A program made the translations under genes and the position numbers. The notes beneath the pieces are model-generated. The model searched no databases and was not told the DNA's origin. It saw nothing but the letters and a program-made list of their open reading frames with translations. From Mobula hypostoma (lineage: Eukaryota): 64,000 nucleotides of DNA. Below, one piece after another: positions 23,130 through 36,573 of the stretch. Location of the stretch: contig NC_086108.1 in NCBI RefSeq assembly GCF_963921235.1, positions 66,528,001 through 66,592,000 on the forward strand, read 5' to 3'. Each line of letters starts with the position of its first letter. Position 1 is the stretch's first letter.

Positions 23130-24190
23130 TTACACATACCAGGATGCAATAAAATCCCTTGCTTACATGAAGATCACAGAGTAAACAGTTCACATGGTAA
23201 TACAAAAACAGCAGAATGGTGCAGAGCATAGTTGTGCAAACCAGGGTAGTGCAAAACGAAATGTTAATGGGACATAATGCAAGAGGCAGAATTAAACATT
23301 TGAGAACATGGCAACACCATCAGGAAGGGGATCTGAGAGAGGAGATTGGTTCAGAGTATGTTAGCAGTGTCTAAGAAGGTGTTCTTGAGTTTGGTCATCC
23401 TGGCTTTCAAGTTCCCATATCCTTTCCTAGAAGACAGAAGAGAGAAAAGGGAATGGACAGGGTGGTAGGCATTCGTAATCATATAGCTTGCCTTCCTGGC
23501 ACAACACACTGGGAAGATGGACTGGTTGGAAGGGTGTGATGGGTCTGTGATGGACTAGGCAGTGTTTTCTATCTTCTGCAGGTTCTGATGGTCCAGAGCA
23601 GAGCAGTTTCTACACCAGGCTGAAATGCAACCCATCAGGATACTTTCTATATTGCAACTATAGAAGTTCGTGGGAATCTTTGTGGGCATGCTGAATCTTC
23701 TCAAATGCCAAAGACAATACATATAGTGATGTGCTTTCTTGATCACCACATCAGTATAAGGGATCAGGAAGTATGCATGCCTAAGAGCTTCAAGGAGTCT
23801 ACAGCAGCTCCACTGATGAGGACAGTGTTGTATTCAACATGCCCTCTTCCCCTCAACCTTGTGTGCTCAGGTCAACAATGTGTTCTTCCCACTTGCAAAT
23901 GATAAGGCTAGTTTGTTGTTCTGACACCATCACAAGTTCAACTTGCTATACTCCATCTCATATTGCAGTTAATTCAGCCTATAACAGTCATCTCCTTGGT
24001 GAACTTGAGGATCAAGTTGATGTTGTATTTTACCATGCAGACCTTGATATACAAGATGCAGAGAGGTACTGAGCAAATATTACTGTGTTGAGGGTCAAGG
24101 TGGATTAATTTTTTTGGCAATTCCTAATCAACTAAGGCCTGTCGATCAGCAAGTCCAGAGACAGGTTAGAGATGGGGGTCCTAAGAGTCT
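23130..24190 (-). mobile_element. Rex1-like LINE fragment, old
   Basis: ORF 23555-23749(-) encodes KKAHH...LRRFSM...NFYSCNIESILMGCISAW. Confidence 0.75.
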
Positions 24191-24344
24191 AAAAGTTGCT
24201 TGATGTGCAGAATTTTCAGATCTGAAATATTGACTTTTGTCCTTGTGCTCCAGTGCCCTGCTGGGCCATTCTGACTGAGATTTCTATCTCAGCCATGTTA
24301 ACACAGCTGGGCCATTAAAACCATCTAGGCCTTCAGAATCACAA

Positions 24345-24475
24345 GCAAAGGAAAGTCTGCAAATGCTAGGAATCCAAGTAACACATAAAAATCTGGAGGA
24401 ACTCAGCAGGCCAGGCAGCATCAATGAACAAGAGTATTGTTGACGTGTCAAGCCTGGGTCCTTCATCAGAACTGG
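24345..24475 (-). mobile_element. PLE terminal-repeat fragment
   Basis: ctggaggaactcagcaggccaggcagcatc...cttcatcagaactgg. Confidence 0.7.
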
Positions 24476-25072
24476 AGCAAAAAAGCTTTCTCCTTCAGAA
24501 TGGCTGTCCTCACCAGACTTCCAATCAGGTTTTAAGATTCCTCCCAGTATGCATGGCTAAGATTATTTAACATGTCTGTACAGCTAGAAGAATGTTGATA
24601 AATGTTATTTTTTTTCTCCTTGTGGAATAAAATGTTTTCTGTATGCTGGTTTCTTGAAAACTGGTGGCCCATTAGGTCCCCTGTTAAAAACCAGTCTTCA
24701 TTTTTAAATCTGATTTTCTGGACACTTATTTGAATTTTGGATTGTATTACAATTAAATCCAATCCTCACTTCAGTATGAATGGACTATTTTTAAAGAAAC
24801 ATCATCAGTTCACTATGAACATCACGAGTCTTTGATCTTTCTTTCTCGAATTGTGGCTTTGCGATTAGTTAAACCCACAAGGTACGAGCCATACATTGAA
24901 TCTGGGACATTCTGATTGCTTGAATTAGGACCAAGCAATGGGAGATAGCTTGCTTTACTACCCTGATAGGAATTGATGCTCATTTTTCGGACGGTATCAG
25001 AGCAGACTCTAGGTCGTCAGCTGAGTTAGTAGAATGGGACAAGCCAGCAGAAGCACTTGCACCAGATTCAAA

Positions 25073-25088
25073 CTACCATCTAGTGGCA
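25073..25088 (-). promoter_or_regulatory. CTCF-like binding motif
   Basis: Minus strand tgCCACTAGATGGTAG matches the core CCASYAGRKGGCRS at all positions but one; lies in unique sequence. Confidence 0.55.
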
Positions 25089-25244
25089 AGATGGAAAACC
25101 GCATCTCAAAGTAACCATTGAAATAAGTGATGAAATAACACTATCACTGTACTTAATTATATAATGGTATAAAAGTCCACTATTCAAGGAGAATATGGGG
25201 TACTAATTGGCAATATCATTTCAAAACCAGGCAGGTTAATTGGC

Positions 25245-25375
25245 CAACACAAGACAATGCAGATGCTGGAATCTGCAGCAACACACAAAAAGTTGGAGGA
25301 ACTCAAAAAGTGAGGAAGCGTTTATAAAGGGAAATGGACAAATGATGTTTCTAGTCAAGACCCACGTCTAAACTG
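25245..25375 (-). mobile_element. PLE terminal-repeat fragment
   Basis: tgcagatgctggaatctgcagcaacacacaaaaagttgggaggaactca. Confidence 0.65.
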
Positions 25376-25891
25376 CCAGAGGGCTGAACTGTAAGAAATT
25401 CTGTATTGTAAGAAATTTGAGAATATGAGAAAACAGCATGTATATTTCTGTGAGGATGCTGATAAAGTCTAAGTGAAAATCACTGCAGCTTCTATTATCC
25501 CTATATAGTCACACTTCTTGATTGGCATACAATATGAATAGCAGTTTCATCCCACTAAAGACCCATTTATGTTTTGTCACTGTGGCAAACTCTATTCTCG
25601 GTACACCCTGTACTTCAGCCTCTCCATCAGTGTTGATGTTATGTTTGACTTTGAAATGTCATTTGAATTGTATATCCATATATATGGCTTTTAGATTCAC
25701 TAATGCACATTAACTGGTGATACTTTATTTTTAATCTTGTTATTATCTCTAAATTTGACCTTTTCAAACCACTTGGTGGATGTGAGAGGGGGTTGCTATG
25801 GCTGGTAGAGAGTTGATACTCTTGATTCTCCATTAATTTGAGGTCATCAGAGGGTCTTCTGCCCATTCTCTGACCAGCCCCTCATCCTATT

Positions 25892-26445
25892 TAGACATTA
25901 AAACATAGGAAGAGATTAGGCCATTTGGCCCATTGTATCTGCTCTGCCATTCCATCATAGCTGATTTATTATCACTCTCAACCATATTCATCTGACTTCT
26001 CTCTGTAACCTTCGACACTCTTACTAATCAAGAACCTATGAATCTCCACTTTAAATATACCAAATGACTTAGTCTCTGCTGCTGTCTTTGGCAATGGATT
26101 TCACAGATTTGCCACCCTCTGAATAAAGAAATTCTTCCTTATCTCTGCTTTAAAAGGACGTCCTTCTATTTTGAGGCTGTGCCCTCTGGCCCTGGACTTA
26201 CCCCTGTCCAGGAAACATCCTCTCCGCATCCACTCTATCTAGGCTTTTGAATATTTGATAGGTTTCAATGAGATCCACCTTCATTCTTTTAAACTCTAGC
26301 AAACACAGACCCAGAACCATCAAATTCTCCTCAAGTATTAATCCTTTCATTCCTAGAATCATCTTTGCAAACTCCAGTGGACTCTCTTCAATGCCAGAAC
26401 ATCATTTCTTAAATAAGGTGCGCAAAACTCGCACAGTACACCTTC
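25892..26445 (-). mobile_element. CR1 LINE 3' fragment
   Basis: CR1 3' UTR and RT C-terminal remnant, homologous to 32.6-33.5 kb. Confidence 0.85.
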
Positions 26446-26499
26446 TGGTATTTACGCAATAGTCCTTCTGTTGCCGGCTAGGCTCATTACCCAACAGGT

Positions 26500-27530
26500 C
26501 CAGCGCAGCCTCTCGTTGAGCCATCTACATCTTAATCCTCCTGGATACACTTCACAAATTCTGCCTCATCTAAAGCCCTTGCACAAAGAAAGTCATACTT
26601 TATACTAGCGAAGTTGAAAACCCCATGACAACAGCCCTATTATTTTTACACATTTCGTTAATCTGTCTACATATTTGTTCCTCAATATCCCGGTGACTAT
26701 TGGCGGCGGGGGGGGGGGTCTGTAGTACAATCTCATCAGTGTGATTGCACCCTTCTTAATCTTGAGTTCTACCCAAATGGTCTCAGTGTCTGAACCCTTC
26801 ATGTATTCCCTAAGTGCAGCTGTGATATTGTCCCTGATTAGTAGTGCAACTGCCCCCCTCCCCCCACTTCTTTTACCTTCTTCTCTATATTTTCGAAAAC
26901 TTCAAAAACCTGGTATATTAATCATCTATTCCTGCCCCTCTCTCAACCAAGTTTACGTATTGGACACACATTGTAGTCCCATGTACTGATCCCTGCTCTA
27001 AGTTCATCACTTTTACCCTAGCATTAATCTACACACACTTCAAACTATTTGTGCCACCACACCTGTTATTTCACATTTTCCTTTCAATACTTTCCGTGAC
27101 AGCTACCTTCCAGTTCGATCCATCACATCCTGACCTGGTGCTCTGGTTCCCAGCCCCCTGCAAAACCAGTTTAAACCCTCCCAAAAAGCATTAGCAAACC
27201 TCCCCCCCCCCATTCAGGTGAAACCTGTCTCTCTTGTACAGGTCACCACTTCCCCAGAAAAGATTCCAATGATCCAAGAACTTGAAACCCTGCCGTCTGT
27301 ACTTTCTCCTCAGCCACTCAATCTGTGCTGTCATCTCATTGCTACCAGCTCTAGCCTGTGGCACTGAGTATAGCCTAGAGATTAATACCTTGGAGGTCCT
27401 TCTCTTCAGCCTCTTTCCTAGCTCTATATTTTTGCTGCATAGGACCTCTTCCCCTTTTTCACCTTTGTCATTAGTGCCAATGTGCACTATGACCTCTGGC
27501 TGTTCACCTTCCACCTTGAGAATATCCTCA
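26500..27530 (-). mobile_element. CR1 fragment spanning the ORF1 SGNH esterase and the ORF2 endonuclease N-terminus
   Basis: ORF 27191-27592(-): EQPEVIVHIGTND...DHWNLFWG...DRFHLN; ORF 26605-26802(-): ETIWVELK...YYRPP. Confidence 0.8.
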
Positions 27531-27604
27531 AAAGGATGCAAAAGGAATGTCTGTGTTGGAATGCAGACTATAGTGTTTAAAGAAGCAAGCACTTTAAAAG
27601 CTTA

Positions 27605-28227
27605 AGCACAAAAATTCTGCAGATGCTCGGAATCTAACGCAACACACACAAAATGCTGGAGGGTCATGTCAGGTTAGGCAACATCCATGGAAATGAATAA
27701 ACGTTGGAAGTTTCAGGCTGAGACCCTTTTTCAGGACTGGAACGGAAGGGGGAAGATGCCGTAATAAACGGGTAGGGAGGGGAAGGAGGATAGCTAGAAG
27801 GAGATAGGTGAAGCCAGGTGGGTGGGAAAGGTAAAGGGCTAGAAATGAAGAAATCTGATAAGAGAGGAGAGTGGACCATAGGAGAAAAGGGAAGAGGAGG
27901 GGCATGGGGGATGTGAGAGGCAGGTAGAGAAGAGGTAAGAGGCCATAGTGGAGAATAGAAAAAATGGAGGGGGGGATTTTTTTTTGCCAGAAGGAGAAAT
28001 TGTTATTCATGCCATCAGGTTGGTGGCTACCCAGATGGAATATAGGGTGTTGCTCCTTCACCCTGATGGTAGCCTCAATCGTGGCAAAAAAGGAAGCCAT
28101 AGACCAATATATTGGAATGGGAACAGGAATGGGAATTAAAATGTCAGGCTACTGGGAAGTTCCACTTTTGAGAGATGGAGCGGTGGTGCTTGATGAAGCA
28201 GTTCCCCCAACTTATGATGGGTTTCAA
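27605..28227 (-). mobile_element. PLE 3' part (GIY-YIG C-terminus plus terminal repeat); resumes at about 33478-33580
   Basis: ORF 27669-28100(-): EATIRVKEQHPIFHLGSHQPDGMN; the endonuclease sequence continues beyond the nested CR1s at 33480-33575. Confidence 0.8.
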
Positions 28228-29622
28228 CTGGAAGGTGTTGAATTTGGATAGAGCTATGAAACTATAAGGGTAAAAGGACCCTGAATGGAGTTGTAAAGAG
28301 ATCCCCAAACCATAGTAAGGATGTGGTCTATAAATTACAATGGGAGATAGAAAATGCATGCCAAAATGCATGCAATAGTCATGGGGGATTTTAATATGCA
28401 GGTTGATTGGGAAAATCAGGTTGGAACTGGATTCCAAGAGTGGGAATTTCTAAAATACCATCGAGATGGCTCTTTAGAGCAGTTTGTGGTTGAGTCCACT
28501 AGGGTATCAACTATTCTGGATTGGGTGTTGGACAATGAATTGTGCAATAAATGATTAGAGAGCTTCAGGTAAAAGAACCTTTAGGCACAAGTGATATGAT
28601 CAAATTTATTCTGAAATTTGAGAAGGAGAAGCTAAAGTCAGATGCATCAGTATTACAGTGAAGTAAAGGGAATTACAGAGGCATGAGAGAGGAGTTGCCC
28701 AGAATTGATTGGAAATGGACACCTGCAGGGATGACGGCAGATTAGCAATGGCTGGAATTTGGCGAAGCAATTCGGAAGACAAGGATAAATACATCCTAAA
28801 GAGGAAGAAGTATTCTAAAGGCAAGATGACACAACTGTGGCCAACAAGATAAATCAAAGCCAACATAAAAACCAAATAGAGGACAAATAATAGAGAAAAA
28901 AAAGTGGGAAGTTAGAGGCTGCTCAACAAGTTATGAGCTCATGGTTTTACAGGAAGGATTGCAGCATGGATAAACCAGTGGCTGATTGTCTGGAAGCAAA
29001 GATTGGGAATAAAGGAAGCCTTTTCTGGTTGAGTGCTGGTTACTATTGGTGTTCCACAGGGGTCTCTTTTGGGACCAATTCTTTTTTCGTTATTTGTCAA
29101 AGATTTGGATAATGAAATTAATGGCTTTGTTGCAAAGTTTGCCGACGATATAGACACAGGTGGAGGAGCAGGTAGTTTTGAGGAAGTAAAGAGGCTACAG
29201 AAGGACTAAAACAGATTAGGAGAATGGGCAAAGAAATAACAGGTGGAATATAGTGCTGGGAAGTGTATGGTCATGCACTTCGGTGGAAGAAATGAAAGGG
29301 TTGACTATTCTGTAGTTGATGAGAAAATTCAAAAATCTGAGGCAAAAAATGGATTTGGGAGTCCTTGTGCAAAATTCCCTAAAGGTTAATTTACAGGTTC
29401 AATTTGTGTTGAGGAAAGCAAATGTGATGTTACTTTCAGAGGATTAGAACATAAAGATGTAATATTGAGAGTTTATAAAGCATTGATGAGGCCACACCTG
29501 TAGCATTGTGAGCAGTTTTAGGCCCCTTATCTTAGAATGGATGTGCTGAAACTGGAGAGGGTTCAAAGGAGGTTCACAAAAATGAATATGGGATTGAATG
29601 GCTTGTCATATGAAGAGCGTTT
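28228..29622 (+). mobile_element. CR1 copy A, 5' part (internally deleted ORF2)
   Basis: Endonuclease remnant IVMGDFN...LDWVL, then RT remnant GVPQGSLLGP...KFADD; breaks at gaagagcGTTT and resumes at 33040 GTTTgatg. Confidence 0.8.
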
Positions 29623-32600
29623 CCAGTGCAGAGTACCTATGTGGCCATCCCCCTCAACAACAGGAGTATCACTTTGGATACAGTTGGAGTGGATGACTTA
29701 ACAGAGGAAAGTCATAGTGGTCGGGTCTCTGGCACTGGGTCTATCTCGGTGACTCAGAAGGGATGGAGAGAGAAGAGGTACACTGTGGTGATGGGGGATT
29801 TGTTAGTTAGAGGAACAGAAAAGAGGTTCTGTGGGTCAGAACAAGATTTCTGTATGGTAATTTGCCTCCCAGGTATCAGGGTCTGGGATATCTCAGATCG
29901 ATTCCTTAGCCTTCTTAAGTGGGAGGGTGAACAGCCAGAAGTTGTGGTCCATGTAGGTACCAAGGTCATGGGTAGGATGAGTCACAAGGTTCTGCATAGG
30001 GAGTTCAGGGAGTTAGGTGCTAAGTTAAAGGGCAGGACCTCCAGGGTTGTGATCTCAGGATTGCTACCTGTGCCACGTGCTAGTGAGGCCAGAAGTAGGA
30101 AGATTATACAGTTTAATATGTGGTTAAGGAACTGGTGCAGGATGGAGGGCATAAGAATTTGGGATCATTGGGTTCTCTTCCAAGGAAGGTGGGACCTGCG
30201 AATAAGGGACGGTTTGGACCTGAACTGGAGGGGGACTAATATCCTAGTGGGGAGGTTTGTTAATGCTGCATGGTGGGGGTGCAGTTAAACTAGAGTTGCG
30301 GGGGTTGGGAACCAGAGTGCCAGAGCAGACAGTGGAGAGTTTGTGGAGGCAGATGTTGGTAAGACCTCAGACAAAGTTAGGAATCAAAAGATTGAGCGTG
30401 GTATGACTAGTGTCCTGAGCTGTGTATATTTCAATGCAAGAAGTATCGCAGGAAAGGTGGATAATAGTGTTGAAGATGAGGTAGCTGTTTTACAAGCAGA
30501 GGGAATGTGTAGTGAGGAGAGGGCTGAATAGGACAAAATTGCAGTTAACAGGATGAGTTGCAAGGTTAAGGACTGACAAAATCAAAAAGGGTGAATGCAG
30601 GAGTGAAGGTGTTGTGTCTGAGTGCACACAGTATATGGAATAAGGTAGATGATCTTTCAGTACAGTTGCGGAGTGGCAGGCATGATGCTGTAGGTATCAC
30701 TGAATCATGTCTCTAATGTTATAGCTGGGAGCTTAATGTCCAAGGATACACATTGTATCAAAAGGATAGGCAGGAAGACAGAGGGGGTGGCATTGCGCTG
30801 TTGGTAAAAATCAACTCAAATCATTAGAAAGAGGTAACATAAGGTCAGAAAGTGTTGAATCATTGTGTATAGAGCTAAGGAAATGCAAGAGAAAAAACAC
30901 CTCCAAGCACTAGTAAGGATGTGGTCTATAAATAACAATGAGAGATAGAAAATGCTTGCTAAAAGGACAATGTTACAATAGTCATGGGGGTGGGGTGGGA
31001 GGCTCAATGTGCAGGTATATTGGGAAAATCATGTTGATGCTGGATTGAAGGAGGAAGAATCTGTAGAGTGCCTATGAGATATCTTTTTAGAGCAGCTCAT
31101 GGTTGAGCAACGAGCGGATCAGCTATTCTGCACTGGGCATTGTGCAATGAACCAGAATTGATTAGAGATCTTAAGGTAAAAGAACTCTTGTGGGAAAGTG
31201 ATCATAATATGATTGAATTCACCCTGAAATTTGAGAAGGAGAAGCTAATGTCAGATGTAGCTGTATTATAGTGGAGTAAAGGGAATTACCAAAACATGAG
31301 AGAGGAGTTGGCCAGAATTGATTGGAAAAGAACACTGGCAGGGATGATGACAGAGCAGCAATGGATCAGGATATGTACATCCCAAAGAGCAAGAAGTATT
31401 CTAAAGGAAAGGTGACACGACTGTGGCTAACAAGAGAAATCAAAGCCAACATGAAAGCCAAAGAGAGGGCATATAATAGAGCAAAAATTAGTGGAAAGTT
31501 AGAGGATTGAGAAGCTTTTTAAACCGACAGGAGGCATCTAAAAAAGTCATTAAGAAGATAAAAGATGGAATAAGCTAGCCAATAATATTAAAGAGGTTAC
31601 CACAAATTTCTTCAGATACACTAAATGTAAAAGTGAGTCGAGAGTGCTATCAGACCACTAGAAAATGATGCTTGAGACGTAGTAATGGAAGACAACAAAA
31701 TAGTGGATGAACTGAATAAGTATTTTGCATCAGTCTTCACTGTGGGAGACACTAGCAGTATGGTGGAAGTTCCAGGTGTCAGGGGTCATGAAGTGTGTGG
31801 TCACTGTAACTAGAGAGAATGTTCTTGGGAAACTGAAAGGTCTGAAGGTGGATAAGTCACCTGGACCAGATGGTGTACACAACAAAGTTCTGAAAGAGGT
31901 GGCTGACGAGATTGTGAGGCATTAGCAATGATCATTCAATAATTAGTAGATTCTGCAATGGTTCCAGACACTGGAAATTTGTTAATGTCACTCCACTATT
32001 TAAGAAGGGAGAGAGTCAGAAGGAAGGAAATTATAGGCCAGTTAGTCTGACCTCAGTGGTTGGGAAGATAGAGGAGTCGATTATTAAGGATGAAGTCTCA
32101 GCGTACTTGGAGGCACATGCTAAAATAGGCTGCATCCAGAATAGTTTTCTCAAGGGAAAATCTTGCCCGACAAATCTGCTGGAATTCTTTGAAGAAATAG
32201 CAAGCAGGATAAATGAAGAAGAATCAGTTGATGTTGTGTACTTGTATTTTCAGAAAGCCTTTGACAAGGTGCCACACATGAGACTGCTTAATGAGCTAAA
32301 AGCCCATGGCACTACTGGATAGACTCTAGCATGGATAAAGCAGTAGCTGATCGGCAGGAGGAAATGAGTGGGAATAAAGTGAGCCTTTTCTGTTTGGCTG
32401 CTAGTGTATAGTGGTGTTCGGCAGGGGTCTGTTTTGGGACCAATTCTTATTACATTATATGTTATTGATTTGAATGATGGAATTAATGGTTTTGTTGAAA
32501 AATTTGCTGATGATATGAAGACAGGTGGAGGGGCAGGTAGTTTTGAGGAAGTAGAGAGGTTCACAAAAATGATTTCAGGTTTGAGTGGCTTGTCATATGA

Positions 32601-33039
32601 AGAGGGTTTGATGGCTCTGGGCATAATTCACTGGAATTCAGAAGCATGAGGGGTGACCTCATTGAAACATATTGAATCGTGAAAAGCCTTGATAGAGTGG
32701 ATGTGGAGAGGATGTTTCCTATGGTGGGAGAGTCTAAGACCACAGGACACAGCCTCAGAATAGAGGGGCGTCCTTTTAGAACAGAGATGAGAAGGAAATT
32801 CTTTAGCCAGAGAATGGTGAATCTGTGGAGTTCTTTGCTACAGGCAGCTGTGGAGGTCACACCTTTATGTATATTTAAGGCAGGGATTGATAGATTCTTG
32901 ATCAGTCAGGGCATGAAGGGATATGTGGAGAAGGCTGGAGATTGGGGCAGAGAGGAAAATTGGATCAGCCATGATGAAATGGAGGAGCACTCAATGGGCC
33001 AAATGGCCTAATTCTGCTCCTATATCTTCTGGTCTTGTG
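29623..33039 (+). mobile_element. CR1 copy B (ORF1 esterase, decayed ORF2, 3' UTR) nested in copy A
   Basis: ORF1 esterase, endonuclease, RT motifs (KSPGPDG, FQKAFDKVPH, QGSVLGP, KFADD), RT C-terminus and tail tcttctggtcttgtg; GTTT duplicated at 29619-29622 and 33040-33043. Confidence 0.85.
29626..30288 (+). pseudogene. CR1 ORF1 SGNH/GDSL esterase-like domain (TE-derived)
   Basis: VVMGDLLVRG (GDS block, Ser lost), LPGIRV, VVVHVGTK (GxND block altered), ISGLLP, DGLDLN (DxxH block, His lost). Confidence 0.8.
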
Positions 33040-33043
33040 GTTT

Positions 33044-33477
33044 GATGCCTCTGGGCCTGTATTCACTAGAATTCAGAAGGGGTGACCTGATTGAAACTTA
33101 TTAAATGGTGAAAGGCCTTGACCCAGTGGATATGGAGAGGATATTTCCTAAGGTGAGGGAGTGTAATACCAGAGGACACAGCCTCAGAATAAGGGGGTGT
33201 CCTTTTAAAACAGAGATGAGGAGGAATTGCTTCAGCCAGAGAGTGATGTATCTGTGGAATTATTTGCCAAAGGCAGCTGTGGAGGCAACACCTTTATATA
33301 TATTTAGGGCAGGGGTTGATAGATTTTTGATTGGTCAGGGCATGAAGGGATACGGGGAGAAGGAGAAGATTGGATCTGAGAGGAAAATTGGATCGGCCAT
33401 GCATGACAAAATCACAGAGCAGACCTGTTGGGCCAAATGGCCTACTTCTGCTCCTATATTTTATGGTCTTATGGTCT
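33044..33477 (+). mobile_element. CR1 copy A, 3' end
   Basis: ORF 33105-33479 RT C-terminus (TRGHSLRIRG...FSQRVMYLWN); tail ttatggtcttatggtct. Confidence 0.85.
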
Positions 33478-34588
33478 AATGTAGAGGAGAACGCATTGGG
33501 AGCACCAGGTGCAATAAACAGCAGAAGATTTGCAGGTGAAGTGTTGTATGACCTGGAAGGACTGTTTGGGGTGGGGTAGGATGTTGGGAAACACAAAGTC
33601 ATATAAGTTCAGAGTGACCACAGGCATTTTTGAAATGCAAATGTAAGTTGTGGGCCAACTCCAGCACAACCAGTCCAATCTCAGCAACATAGAAAACTTG
33701 CATACATATATATACCATTTCAAAAATATTGAAAACACACAAAAACAACGAACATACTGAAAATTTGAAACAGAAACAATTTACTCATTGTAGGATTTAG
33801 GTGCCAGCAGCAAGGTCTGAATTTTTTTGTCTATTACCAGTTGATCTTGATTAGGTGTTGGTGACACTTTCTTAAACTGAAATCTTTCTGCTGAAGTTGT
33901 CTTCTTTTTAGGGGGAAAGTTCCGGATTTTGGGCTTAGCACTGATGAAGCATCCCTTCATGCTAGTCAGAAATGACTGTAAGGAAAACCTGCAAGTGATA
34001 GTATTCTTGTGCAGCTGAATCCTGTGCCTTTCTAGTGCTCTCTGGTTTGGTGGTGCTGAGCATGTAATTACAGTATATTTTGTAATTGGTGTATGATGCA
34101 GCCAACTCTTTAGGATCTGATGATAAGTAACATGAAGAATGCAGTCAAGCTCTGTTTCATGAATGGAGTGCATAACATTTAATGATATAACAAAGCTAGT
34201 GTTCTAAATGGTTAAAATTGGAACCACATATATGGGGAAAATAGCCATGACACAATTATGATACTTCAGTCTCACATTTACTTTCTTTAGGTTTTTTTAT
34301 TTCTCTTTTGTTTTCTGTTACTTGTAACGTGATCTCATTTTTTTTTTGGAATTTGTGAATGTTTTTCTTGCCAAGAAATTAATGAATCTGGAAAAAGTTG
34401 TGCTTTTTGGGATGGCAGAAGATTCAGATTGTAGTAAGAAGAATAGCAGCAAATAGTGAAATAGTTTAAACAAATTTTATATTTGAATGCAAACACAAAG
34501 AAATCTGCAGATGCTGGAAATTCAAGCAACACACATAAAAAATGCTGGTGAACGCAACAGGCCAGGCAGCATTTATAGGAAGAGGTAC

Positions 34589-34624
34589 AGTCGACGTTTC
34601 GGGCCGGGACCCTTCGTCAGGACT
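34589..34624 (-). ncRNA. minimal hammerhead ribozyme motif, intact core
   Basis: Minus strand AGUC CUGACGA A GGGUCCCGGCCC GAAACGUC GACU. Confidence 0.8.
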
Positions 34625-34888
34625 AACTGAAAGAAGAGCTAGTAAGAGATTTGAAAGTGGGAGGGGGAGGGAGAGATCTGAAATGAGAAGACAGGAGGGG
34701 GAGGGATGGAGCTAAAAGCTGGAAAGTTGATTGGCAAAAGGGATATGAGGCTAGAGAAGGGAGAGGATCATTGGACGGGAGGCCTAGGGAGAAAGAAAGG
34801 GGGAGTGGGGTGTACTGACCTCTAAGTTGCCAAGGCACAGCAACAACTGGCGGATACCTCCTCTTATTTACCCCTTGATCAGGATCCC

Positions 34889-36573
34889 ATGAAGGAGCAC
34901 CAAGCCATTGTCTCCCACACCATCACCAACTTTATCAGCTCAGGGTATCTCCCATCCAATACTGCAAACCTTATAGTTCCCACACCCTGCACTTCCCATT
35001 TCTACTTCCTACTAAACATCCACAAACCTGCCTGTCCAGGTAGACCCATTGTCTCAGCTTGCTCCTGCCCCACCGACTCATTTCTGCATACCTCGACATT
35101 GTTTTATCCCCCTTTGTTCAATCCCTTCCTACCTATGTTCGTGACACTTCTCTGGCTCTGAAACTTTTCGATGATTTAAAGTTCCCTGGCCCCCACCACT
35201 TTATTTTCACCATGGATATCCAGTCCCTATACACCTCCATCCCCCACCAGGAAGGTCTCAAAGCTCTCCGCTTCTTTTTGGATTCCAGACCTAACCAGTT
35301 CCCCTCTACCACCACTCTCCTCTGTCTAGCGGAATTAGACCTTACTCTTAATAATTTCTCCTTTGGCTCCTCCGACTTCCTCCAACCTAAAGGTGTAGCC
35401 ATGGGTACCCATATGGGTCCCAGCTATGCCTGCCTTTTTGTTGGCTTTGTGGAACAATTCATCTTCTAAGCCTATACTGGTATCTGTCCCCCACTTTTCC
35501 TTTGCTACATCAACGACTGCATTGGCGCTGCTTCCTGCATGCATGCTCAGCTCGTTGACTTCATTAACTTTGCCTCCAACTTTCACCCTGCCCTCAAGTT
35601 TACCTGGTCCATTTCCAACACCTCCCTCCCCTTTCTTGATTTTTCTGCCTCTGTCTCTGGAGACAGCTTATCTACTGATGTCTACTATAAGCCTACGGAC
35701 TCTCACAGCTACCTGGACTATTCCTCTTCCCACCCTGTCTCTTACAAAAATGTTATCCCCTTCTCGCAATTCCTCTGTCTCCACCGCATCTGCTCTCAGG
35801 ATGAGGCTTTCCATTCCAGGATGAAGGAGATGTCCTCCTTTTTTAAGGAAAGGGGCTTCCCTTCCTCCACCATCAACTCTGCTCTCAAACGCATCTCCCC
35901 CATTTCAAACACATCTGCTCTCACCCCATCCTCCCACCACCCCACTAGGAATAGGGTTCCCCTTGCCCTCACCTACCACCCCACCAGCCTTCGGGTCCAA
36001 CATATAATTCTCCGTAACTTCCACCACCTCCAACGTGATCCTATCACCAAGCAGACCTTTCCCTCCCCCACCCCTTCTGCTTTCCGCAGGAATCACTCCC
36101 TACGCGACTCCCTTGTCCATTCGTCCCCCCACCATCCCTTCCCACTGATCTCCCTCCCCGGCACTTATCCTTGTAAGCACAACAAGTACTACACATGCCC
36201 TTACACTTCCTCCCTTACCATCATTCAGGGCCCCAGACAGTCCTTCCAGGTGAGGCGACACTTCACCTGTGAGTCGACTGGGGTGATATACTGCGTCCGG
36301 TGCTCCGGATGTGGCCTTCTATATATTGGCGAGACCCAATGCAGGCTGGGAGACCGTTTTGCTGAACACCTACGTTTGTCCGCCAGAGAAAGCAGGATCC
36401 CAGTGGCCACACATTTTAATTCCACATCCCATTCCCATTCTGATATGTCTATCCACGGCCTCCTCTACTGTCAAGATGAAGCCACACTCAGGTTGGAGGA
36501 ACAACACCTTATATTCCGTCTGGGTAGCCTTCAACCTGATGGCATGAACATTGACTTCTCTAACTTACATTAA
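34889..36573 (+). pseudogene. disrupted PLE ORF: reverse transcriptase + GIY-YIG endonuclease
   Basis: KPACPGRPIVS, FTMDIQSLYTSIPH, GVAMGTHMGPSYA, YIND (YIDD mutated), linker Cys motif (CxxxxYxxC here, CxxxxCxxC in copy 2), VIYCVRCSGCGLLYIGET...EQHLIFRLGSLQPDGMN; frameshift near 35070 and stop at 35467-35469. Confidence 0.9.

Noticed and set aside
29626..30288. 220-aa ORF as a host esterase
   Set aside because: It lies inside CR1 copy B as ORF1, and the catalytic Ser and His positions are substituted.
32555..33477. Tandem duplication of a CR1 3' end
   Set aside because: Better explained by CR1-B nested inside CR1-A with a GTTT duplication.
35539..36573. 344-aa ORF as a functional or domesticated gene
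   Set aside because: It is the distal part of a PLE ORF, preceded by an in-frame stop, a frameshift and a mutated YIDD.
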